64,000 nt of DNA from Yuukianura sp. NJ FZ-2021 (lineage: Eukaryota). The position numbers and the translations under genes were made by a program. The notes below the pieces were generated by a model, which was not told where the DNA came from, did no database searches, and saw only the letters and a program-made list of their open reading frames with translations. Position 1 is the first letter of the stretch; each line of letters begins with the position of its first letter. Positions 25,601-36,080 of this stretch are shown piece after piece. The stretch spans positions 5,518,001-5,582,000 of the forward strand of contig CM102285.1 in the NCBI GenBank assembly GCA_046563655.1, given 5' to 3'.

Positions 25601-28600
25601 CAAGTCTCGACAGCCTTTTCAACTCGGCTAAAACGTTCTTGTTCTAGTTCTCCAAGCCTTACAACGTTCGTTTCAAGTATTTTGAACCTAGCGTGCTAAT
25701 TTCTGGAATGTTGTCGCTCAGTGGAACTACGCTGGTTTTCCGTCTCGTTTTGCCTTAGCTTAGTTGCTTTTATGTTCAGCGCGTCCGCTTCAATTAAAGT
25801 TTATTAAGGTGCTCAAGTATGACAAGTCTCGACAGCCTTTTCAACTCGGCTTAAACGTTCTTGCTCTAGTTCTCCAACACTTACAACGTTCGTTTAAAGT
25901 ATTTTGAACCTAGCGTGCTAATTTCTGGAATGTTGTCGCTCAGTGGAACTACGCCGGTTTTCCGTCTCGTTTTGCCTTAGCTTAGTTGCTTGTATGTTCA
26001 GCGTGTACGCTTCAATCAAAGTTTATTAAGGTGCTCAAGTATGACAAGCCTCGACAGCCTTTTCAACTCGGCTAAGAAATTTTTGTTCTAGTTCTCCAAC
26101 CCTTACAACGTTCATTTCAAGTATTTTAACCTAGCGTGCTAATTTCAGCAATGTTGTCGTTCAGTGGAGCTGCGTTGGTTTTCCGTCTCGTTTTGCCTTA
26201 GCTTAGTTGCTTGTATGTTCAGGGAGTACGCTTCAATTAAAGTTTATTAAGGTGCTCAAGAATGACAAGTCTCGACAGCCTTTTCAACTCGGCTAAAACG
26301 TTCTTGTTCTAGTTCTCCAACCCTTACAACGTTCGTTTCAAGTATTTTGAACCTAGCGTGCTAATTTCTGGAATATTGTTGCTTAGAGGAACTACGCTGG
26401 TTTTCCGTCTCGTTTTGCCTTAGCTTAGTTGCTTGTATGTTCAGGGAGTACGCTTCAATTAAAGTTTATTAAGGTGCTCAAGTATGACAAGTTTCGACAG
26501 CCTTTTCAACTCGGCTAAGAAATTTTTGTTCTAGTTCTCCAACCCTTACAACGTTCATTTCAAGTATTTTGAACCTAGCGTGTTAATTTCTGGAATGTTG
26601 TCGCTCAGTGGAACTACGCTGGTTTTCCGTCTCGTTTTGCCTTAGCTTAGTTGCTTTTATGTTCAGCGCGTCCGTTTCAATTAAAGTTTATTAAGGTGCT
26701 CAAGAATGACAAGTCTCGACAGCCTTTTCAACTCGGCTAAGAAATTTTTGTTCTAGTTCTCCAACCCTTACAACGTTCATTTCAAGTATTTTAACCTAGC
26801 GTGCTAATTTCTGGAATGTTGTCGCTCACTGGCACTACGCTGGTTTTCCGTCTCGTTTTGCCTTAGCTTAGTTGCTTGTATGTTCAGGGAGTACGCTTCA
26901 ATTAAAGTTTATTAAGGTGCTCAAGAATGACAACTCTCGACAGCCTTTTCAACTCGGCTAAAACGTTCTTGTTCTAGTTCTCCAACCCTTACAACGTTCG
27001 TTTCAAGTATTTTGAACCTAGCGTGCTAATTTCTGGAATATTGTTGCTTAGAGGAACTACGCTGGTTTTCCGTCTCGTTTTGCCTTAGCTTAGTTGCTTG
27101 TATGTTCAGGGAGTACGCTTCAATTAAAGTTTATTAAGGTGCTCAAGTATGACAAGTTTCGACAGCCTTTTCAACTCGGCTAAGAAATTTTTGTTCTAGT
27201 TCTCCAACCCTTACAACGTTCATTTCAAGTATTTTGAACCTAGCGTGTTAATTTCTGGAATGTTGTCGCTCAGTGGAACTACGCTGGTTTTCCGTCTCGT
27301 TTTGCCTTAGCTTAGTTGCTTTTATGTTCAGCGCGTCGGTTTCAATTAAAGTTTATTAAGGTGCTCAAGTATGACAAGTCTCGACAGCCTTTTCAACTCG
27401 GCTAAGAAATTTTTGTTCTAGTTCTCCAACCCTTACAACGTTCATTTCAAGTATTTTGAACCTAGCGTGCTAATTTCAGCAATGTTGTCGTTCAGTGGAA
27501 CTGCGTTGGTTTTCCGTCTCGTTTTGCCTTAGCTTAGTTGCTTGTATGTTCAGCGGGTACGCCTCAATCAAAGTTTATTAAGGTGCTCAAGAATGACAAG
27601 TCTCGACAGCCTTTTCAACTCGGCTAAGAAATTTTTGTTCTAGTTCTCCAACCCTTACAACGTTCATTTCAAGTATTTTAACCTAGCGTGCTAATTTCTG
27701 GAATGTTGTCGCTCACTGGCACTACGCTGGTTTTCCGTCTCGTTTTGCCTTAGCTTAGTTGCTTGTATGTTCAGGGAGTACGCTTCAATTAAAGCTTAGT
27801 AAGGTGCTCAAGTATGACAAGTTTCGACAGCCTTTTTAACTCGGCTAAGAAATTTTTGTTCTAGTTCTCCAACCCTTACAACGTTCATTTCAAGTATTTT
27901 GAACCTAGCGTGCTAATTTCTGGAATGTTGTCGCTCAGTGGCACTACGCTGGTTTTCCGTCTAGTTTTGCCTTAGCTTAGTTGCTTTTATGTTCAGCGCG
28001 TCCGCTTCAATTAAAGTTTATTAAGGTGCTCAAGTATGACAAGTCTCGACAGCCTTTTCAACTCGGCTAAGAAATTTTTGTTCTAGTTCTCCAACCCTTA
28101 CAACGTTCATTTCAAGTATTTTGAACCTAGCGTGCTAATTTCAGCAATGTTGTCGTTCAGTGGAGCTGCGTTGGTTTTCCGTCTCGTTTTGCCTTAGCTT
28201 AGTTGCTTGTATGTTCAGCGGGTACGCCTCAATCAAAGTTTATTAAGGTGCTCAAGAATGACAAGTCTCGACAGCCTTTTCAACTCGGCTAAAACGTTCT
28301 TGTTCTAGTTCTCCAAGCCTTACAACGTTCGTTTCAAGTATTTTGAACCTAGCGTGCTAATTTCTGGAATGTTGTCGCTCAGTGGAACTACGCTGGTTTT
28401 CCGTCTCGTTTTGCCTTAGCTTAGTTGCTTTTATGTTCAGCGCGTCCGCTTCAATTAAAGTTTATTAAGGTGCTCAAGTATGACAAGTCTCGACAGCCTT
28501 TTCAACTCGGCTAAGAAATTTTTGTTCTAGTTCTCCAACCCTTACAACGTTCATTTCAAGTATTTTGAACCTAGCGTGATAATTTCAGCAATGTTGTCGT

Positions 28601-31600
28601 TCAGTGGAACTGCGTTGGTTTTCCGTCTCGTTTTGCCTTAGCTTAGTTGCTTGTATGTTCAGCGGGTACGCCTCAATCAAAGTTTATTAAGGTGCTCAAG
28701 AATGACAAGTCTCGACAGCCTTTTCAACTCGGCTAAGAAATTTTTGTTCTAGTTCTCCAACCCTTACAACGTTCATTTCAAGTATTTTAACCTAGCGTGC
28801 TAATTTCTGGAATGTTGTCGCTCAGTGGCACTACGCTGGTTTTCCGTCTCGTTTTGCCTTAGCTTAGTTGCTTGTATGTTCAGGGAGTACGCTTCAATTA
28901 AAGCTTAGTAAGGTGCTCAAGTATGACAAGTTTCGACAGCCCTTTCAACTCGGCTAAGAAATTTTTGTTCTAGTTCTCCAACCCTTACAACGTTCATTTC
29001 AAGTATTTTGAACCTAGCGTGCTAATTTCTGGAATGTTGTCGCTCAGTGGAACTACGCTGGTTTTCCGTCTAGTTTTGCCTTAGCTTAGTTGCTTTTATG
29101 TTCAGCGCGTCCGCTTCAATTAAAGTTTATTAAGGTGCTCAAGTATGACAAGTCTCGACAGCCTTTTCAACTCGGCTAGGAAATTTTTGTTCTAGTTCTC
29201 CAACCCTTACAACGTTCATTTCAAGTATTTTGAACCTAGCGTGCTAATTTCAGCAATTTTGTCGTTCAGTGGAGCTGCGTTGGTTTTCCGTCTCGTTTTG
29301 CCTTAGCTTAGTTGCTTGTATGTTCAGCGGGTACGCCTCAATCAAAGTTTATTAAGGTGCTCAAGAATGACAAGTCTCGACAGCCTTTTCAACTCGGCTA
29401 AAACGTTCTTGTTCTAGTTCTCCAACACTTACAACGTTCGTTTCAAGTATTTTGAACCTAGCGTGCTAATTTCTGGAATGTTGTCGCTCAGTGGAACTAC
29501 GCCGGTTTTCCGTCTCGTTTTGCCTTAGCTTAGTTGCTTGTATGTTCAGCGTGTACGCTTCAATCAAAGTTTATTAAGGTGCTCAAGTATGACAAGCCTC
29601 GACAGCCTTCTCAACTCGGCTAAAACGTTCTTGTTCTAGTTCTCCAACCCTTACAACGTTCATTTCAAGTATTTTGAACCTAGCGTGCTAATTTCAGCAA
29701 TGTTGTCGTTCAGTGGAGCTGCGTTGGTTTTCCGTCTCGTTTTGCCTTAGCTTAGTTGCTTGTATGTTCAGCGGGTACGCCTCAATCAAAGTTTATTAAG
29801 GTGCTCAAGAATGACAAGTCTCGACAGCCTTTTCAACTCGGCTTAAACGTTCTTGTTCTAGTTCTCCAACACTTACAACGTTCGTTTAAAGTATTTTGAA
29901 CCTAGCGTGCTAATTTCTGGAATGTTGTCGCTCAGTGGAACTACGCCGGTTTTCCGTCTCGTTTTGCCTTAGCTTAGTTGCTTGTATGTTCAGCGTGTAC
30001 GCCTCAATCAAAGTTTATTAAGGTGCTCGAGTATGACAAGCCTCGACAGCCTTTTCAACTCGGCTAAGAAATTTTTGTTCTAGTTCTCCAACCCTTACAA
30101 CGTTCATTTCAAGTATTTTAACCTAGCGTGCTAATTTCTGGAATGTTGTCGCTCAGTGGAACTACGCTGGTTTTCCGTCTAGTTTTGCCTTAGCTTAGTT
30201 GCTTTTATGTTCAGCGCGTCCGCTTCAATTAAAGTTTATTAAGGTGCTCAAGAATGACAAGTCTCGACAGCCTTTTCAACTCGGCTAAGAAATTTTTGTT
30301 CTAGTTCTCCAACCCTTACAACGTTCATTTCAAGTATTTTAACCTAGCGTGCTAATTTCTGGAATGTTGTCGCTCAGTGGCACTACGCTGGTTTTCCGTC
30401 TCGTTTTGCCTTAGCTTAGTTGCTTGTATGTTCAGGGAGTACGCTTCAATTAAAGCTTAGTAAGGTGCTCAAGTATGACAAGTTTCGACAGCCCTTTCAA
30501 CTCGGCTAAGAAATTTTTGTTCTAGTTCTCCAACCCTTACAACGTTCATTTCAAGTATTTTGAACCTAGCGTGCTAATTTCTGGAATGTTGTCGCTCAGT
30601 GGAACTACGCTGGTTTTCCGTCTAGTTTTGCCTTAGCTTAGTTGCTTTTATGTTCAGCGCGTCCGCTTCAATTAAAGTTTATTAAGGTGCTCAAGTATGA
30701 CAAGTCTCGACAGCCTTTTCAACTCGGCTAGGAAATTTTTGTTCTAGTTCTCCAACCCTTACAACGTTCATTTCAAGTATTTTGAACCTAGCGTGCTAAT
30801 TTCAGCAATGTTGTCGTTCAGTGGAGCTGCGTTGGTTTTCCGTCTCGTTTTGCCTTAGCTTAGTTGCTTGTATGTTCAGCGGGTACGCCTCAATCAAAGT
30901 TTATTAAGGTGCTCAAGAATGACAAGTCTCGACAGCCTTTTCAACTCGGCTAAAACGTTCTTGTTCTAGTTCTCCAACACTTACAACGTTCGTTTCAAGT
31001 ATTTTGAACCTAGCGTGCTAATTTCTGGAATGTTGTCGCTCAGTGGAACTACGCCGGTTTTCCGTCTCGTTTTGCCTTAGCTTAGTTGCTTGTATGTTCA
31101 GCGTGTACGCTTCAATCAAAGTTTATTAAGGTGCTCAAGTATGACAAGCCTCGACAGCCTTCTCAACTCGGCTAAAACGTTCTTGTTCTAGTTCTCCAAC
31201 CCTTACAACGTTCATTTCAAGTATTTTGAACCTAGCGTGCTAATTTCAGCAATGTTGTCGTTCAGTGGAGCTGCGTTGGTTTTCCGTCTCGTTTTGCCTT
31301 AGCTTAGTTGCTTGTATGTTCAGCGGGTACGCCTCAATCAAAGTTTATTAAGGTGCTCAAGAATGACAAGTCTCGACAGCCTTTTCAACTCGGCTTAAAC
31401 GTTCTTGTTCTAGTTCTCCAACACTTACAACGTTCGTTTAAAGTATTTTGAACCTAGCGTGCTAATTTCTGGAATGTTGTCGCTCAGTGGAACTACGCCG
31501 GTTTTCCGTCTCGTTTTGCCTTAGCTTAGTTGCTTGTATGTTCAGCGTGTACGCTTCAATCAAAGTTTATTAAGGTGCTCAAGTATGACAAGCCTCGACA

Positions 31601-34202
31601 GCCTTTTCAACTCGGCTAAGAAATTTTTGTTCTAGTTCTCCAACCCTTACAACGTTCATTTCAAGTATTTTAACCTAGCGTGCTAATTTCTGGAATGTTG
31701 TCGCTCAGTGGCACTACGCTGGTTTTCCGTCTCGTTTTGCCTTAGCTTAGTTGCTTGTATGTTCAGGGAGTACGCTTCAATTAAAGCTTAGTAAGGTGCT
31801 CAAGAATGACAAGTCTCGACAGCCTTTTCAACTCGGCTAAAACGTTCTTGTTCTAGTTCTCCAACCCTTACAACGTTCATTTCAAGTATTTTGAACCTAG
31901 CGTGCTAATTTCTGGAATGTTGTCGCTCAGTGGAACTACGCCGGTTTTCCGTCTCGTTTTGCCTTAGCTTAGTTGCTTGTATGTTCAGGGAGTACGCTTC
32001 AATTAAAGTTTATTAAGGTGCTCAAGAATGACAAGTCTCGACAGCCTTTTCAACTCGGCTAAAACGTTCTTGTTCTAGTTCTCCAACCCTTACAACGTTC
32101 GTTTCAAGTATTTTGAACCTAGCGTGCTAATTTCTGGAATATTGTTGCTTAGAGGAACTACGCTGGTTTTCCGTCTCGTTTTGCCTTAGCTTAGTTGCTT
32201 GTATGTTCAGGGAGTACGCTTCAATTAAAGCTTAGTAAGGTGCTCAAGTATGACAAGTTTCGACAGCCTTTTCAACTCGGCTAAGAAATTTTTGTTCTAG
32301 TTCTCCAACCCTTACAACGTTCATTTCAAGTATTTTGAACCTAGCGTGCTAATTTCTGGAATGTTGTCGCTCAGTGGAACTACGCTGGTTTTCCGTCTAG
32401 TTTTGCCTTAGCTTAGTTGCTTTTATGTTCAGCGCGTCCGCTTCAATTAAAGTTTATTAAGGTGCTCAAGTATGACAAGTCTCGACAGCCTTTTCAACTC
32501 GGCTAAGAAATTTTTGTTCTAGTTCTCCAACCCTTACAACGTTCATTTCAAGTATTTTGAACCTAGCGTGCTAATTTCAGCAATGTTGTCGTTCAGTGGA
32601 GCTGCGTTGGTTTTCCGTCTCGTTTTGCCTTAGCTTAGTTGCTTGTATGTTCAGCGGGTACGCCTCAATCAAAGTTTATTAAGGTGCTCAAGAATGACAA
32701 GTCTCGACAGCCTTTTCAACTCGGCTAAAACGTTCTTGTTCTAGTTCTCCAACACTTACAACGTTCGTTTCAAGTATTTTGAACCTAGCGTGCTAATTTC
32801 AGCAATGTTGTCGTTCAGTGGAACTGCGTTGGTTTTCCGTCTCGTTTTGCCTTAGCTTAGTTGCTTGTATGTTCAGCGGGTACGCCTCAATCAAAGTTTA
32901 TTAAGGTGCTCAAGAATGACAAGTCTCGACAGCCTTTTCAACTCGGCTAAGAAATTTTTGTTCTAGTTCTCCAACCCTTACAACGTTCATTTCAAGTATT
33001 TTAACCTAGCGTGCTAATTTCTGGAATGTTGTCGCTCAGTGGCACTACGCTGGTTTTCCGTCTCGTTTTGCCTTAGCTTAGTTGCTTGTATGTTCAGGGA
33101 GTACGCTTCAATTAAAGCTTAGTAAGGTGCTCAAGTATGACAAGTTTCGACAGCCTTTTCAACTCGGCTAAGAAATTTTTGTTCTAGTTCTCCAACCCTT
33201 ACAACGTTCATTTCAAGTATTTTGAACCTAGCGTGCTAATTTCTGGAATGTTGTCGCTCAGTGGAACTACGCTGGTTTTCCGTCTCGTTTTGCCTTAGTT
33301 TAGTTGCTTTTATGTTCAGCGCGTCCGCTTCAATTAAAGTTTATTAAGGTGCTCAAGTATGACAAGTCTCGACAGCCTTTTCAACTCGGCTAAGAAATTT
33401 TTGTTCTAGTTCTCCAACCCTTACAACGTTCATTTCAAGTATTTTGAACCTAGCGTGCTAATTTCTGGAATGTTGTCGCTCAGTGGAACTACGCTGGTTT
33501 TCCGTCTAGTTTTGCCTTAGCTTAGTTGCTTTTATGTTCAGCGCGTCCGCTTCAATTAAAGTTTATTAAGGTGCTCAAGTATGACAAGTCTCGACAGCCT
33601 TTTCAACTCGGCTAAGAAATTTTTGTTCTAGTTCTCCAACCCTTACAACGTTCATTTCAAGTATTTTGAACCTAGCGTGCTAATTTCAGCAATGTTGTCG
33701 TTCAGTGGAGCTGCGTTGGTTTTCCGTCTCGTTTTGCCTTAGCTTAGTTGCTTGTATGTTCAGCGGGTACGCCTCAATCAAAGTTTATTAAGGTGCTCAA
33801 GAATGACAAGTCTCGACAGCCTTTTCAACTCGGCTAAAACGTTCTTGTTCTAGTTCTCCAACACTTACAACGTTCGTTTCAAGTATTTTGAACCTAGCGT
33901 GCTAATTTCTGGAATGTTGTCGCTCAGTGGAACTACGCCGGTTTTCCGTCTCGTTTTGCCTTAGCTTAGTTGCTTGTATGTTCAGCGTGTACGCTTCAAT
34001 CAAAGTTTATTAAGGTGCTCAAGTATGACAAGCCTCGACAGCCTTCTCAACTCGGCTAAAACGTTCTTGTTCTAGTTCTCCAACCCTTACAACGTTCATT
34101 TCAAGTATTTTGAACCTAGCGTGCTAATTTCTGGAATATTGTTGCTTAGAGGAACTACGCTGGTTTTCCGTCTCGTTTTGCCTTAGCTTAGTTGCTTGTA
34201 TG
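13690..34202. repeat. 222-bp satellite DNA array, main block (~92 monomers)
   Basis: GAACCTAGCGTGCTAATTTC... recurs every 221-222 bp (e.g. 13706, 13928); no ORFs >=60 aa within the array. Confidence 0.98.
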
Positions 34203-34757
34203 TGAGGGGTTGCAACGCCCCGTCGAGCGGCACAAAGGCCACTCCGAATAAATGAGATGATGTGGGGCAGAGGTCACACGAGAGCTGTAAATCAATGCCT
34301 ATTTTATTAGAATAAATTGTGATACAGTTTACGGTCAGAATTAGGCCAAATATGAAGTGGATGTGTGGTGGGGCGTTGGTCCAGAGCAGGATCAACCAGG
34401 TATCTGGTCCAGTGGGGCTTGAGGTCACTCCGGTGGGGCAGTAGAGGATCCGGCGTGGTCCAAAATGTAAATCCAAGATGGAGGAGACGTGGAGAGAGAG
34501 ACGAGACAAGATCCGGGCAGAGTGACGAGTAGGGAGAGACTGTGATGTGGACAGGAGTGAACTGCAGTGACGATGACGAGACGAGCTGCATGTCCAAATG
34601 GATGATGCAACTTCCCGTGCATCCGATTGGTTGGTGAGGGGTTTTGGTGGTGAAGACGTGGAGTTGTTGTTGTGCTGCTGCTGGAAGGACGAAGGGGGAG
34701 AAGAGGGGAAAGGGAACCAAAAGTGGCTATAGTGGTTTGTGGGGAATAACCCCCACA
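34203..34757 (-). repeat. 3' LTR
   Basis: Direct repeat of 44706-45260; no differences seen by eye and ORF-track translations across both are identical. Confidence 0.95.
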
Positions 34758-34809
34758 GGTCCCCAACGACCTGGAGACGTCCCGGCGACATTTGAAGAAG
34801 ACGTGGGGG

Positions 34810-36036
34810 TTATTTTGGTGGAGCTGGAGGATCACGGCGTTTTGGGGAATTCTTCCTTGGCGGAGGTGGAGCATTGGCCGAGTTCAATGCCCACCACCGA
34901 GCACGTCTCTGCTGCCGATTCGGAGCTGGTGGATTTGGTGGGACAGGGGGAAAACGTCCTTGGACAGGAGCTGGGGGAGCTGAGGAAGCTGAAGCTGCTG
35001 GAGCTGAAACTACTGGAGCTGGAACTCCTGGAGCTGGGGTTAAATTTGAAGTTGGTGGGGAGTTGAAAGTGAAAGTAACCGAGGTTGCTGAATTTGGGAG
35101 AAGAGTGTAGTATGGGAAGTATCCAGGGGGAATTGATGAAAATGGGAACTGTGAAGTTGCAGAAGTGACAGGAACGGTAATGGAAGTTGAAGTGGACGGA
35201 ATTGGTGAATTTGAAGAAGTGGCTGGAGAAACTGGACGTGAATTTGGAGAAAGTGGCCGAATTTGGGGAGAAGCTGAGCGATTACGGGGTGGAGCTGGAC
35301 GAGCGTTATACGGAGAAGGCCGATTGGAACGAAATTGTGCTCGAACAGGAGGAACTGATTTTGAAGAAGAGCTGGGTCCAGGGTTTTGGGTGTTTTGAGG
35401 GGTTCTTGGGGACAACGAAACATTTGACATTTTGCGTGTCAAAGCTGTAGGGGAGCTGGATCGCGAACGACCAACTGGGGGAAGTTTTGGGGGTCCATTT
35501 GGAAACTGCAAATCCAGAAGCGAGGGAATCTTCGCAGATCCATGACGCTGAGCCTGTAGCTTGGATTTTGGGGCTGGGTCACGAGGACGACGAAACGTGG
35601 CAGAATCCTGGGACTTGGGGGGAACAACCACGACGACCGAAGCAAGTCTTGGGCGTGGCGCTGGAGGTGGAGCCGAAACCATGTCCTGGAGTGACTTTTG
35701 GGGGGAATTCGGTTGGAAGCTGCTAGAGCTTGGGGAAAACAACTGCCGATTGAGCTTTTTCGGGGATTTTGGAGGGGAAGCAGCAGCAGTGGGCATATCC
35801 CAGTCGTCATCCGGAATCGGTGCAATGGCGGGCGTAGAAATTGGAGCAGCAATGACGGTAGAAGACGCAGACGAAGAGGACGACGCAGACGAAGAGGATG
35901 AAGAAGACGGAGAAACAGCATTATTTTGAGGAGGAGAGTTCAAAAGGTCATCTTCTGCAGCCAAATCGATCACGGCGATTCCTTCAGAGGCATCATCTCC
36001 TTCGTCCATTATGTCATCATCGTGAGGGGGGTCCAT
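34810..36036 (-). CDS. ORF3 of the retrotransposon: 408-aa Pro/Ser-rich low-complexity protein of unknown function (not Env-like)
   Basis: Uninterrupted 1.2-kb ORF between pol stop and 3' LTR; ATG immediately preceded by branch-like TACTGAT, T-rich tract and TAG. Confidence 0.75.
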   Translation of the reverse strand: MDPPHDDDIMDEGDDASEGIAVIDLAAEDDLLNSPPQNNAVSPSSSSSSSASSSSSASSTVIAAPISTPAIAPIPDDDWDMPTAAASPPKSPKKLNRQLFSPSSSSFQPNSPQKSLQDMVSAPPPAPRPRLASVVVVVPPKSQDSATFRRPRDPAPKSKLQAQRHGSAKIPSLLDLQFPNGPPKLPPVGRSRSSSPTALTRKMSNVSLSPRTPQNTQNPGPSSSSKSVPPVRAQFRSNRPSPYNARPAPPRNRSASPQIRPLSPNSRPVSPATSSNSPIPSTSTSITVPVTSATSQFPFSSIPPGYFPYYTLLPNSATSVTFTFNSPPTSNLTPAPGVPAPVVSAPAASASSAPPAPVQGRFPPVPPNPPAPNRQQRRARWWALNSANAPPPPRKNSPKRRDPPAPPK

Positions 36037-36080
36037 CTAAAAATATATAAAAAGAACAGCATCAGTATTTAATTACTGAG

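Noticed and set aside
13690..34202. CRISPR-like array or coding repeat interpretation of the long repeat
   Set aside because: Contiguous 222-bp monomers without unique spacers, no cas genes, stops in all frames, eukaryotic context
34183..34791. ORFs of 137-202 aa spanning the LTRs (also 44671-45261)
   Set aside because: They lie within the duplicated LTR, mostly lack ATG starts, run into flanking satellite and have no recognisable motifs
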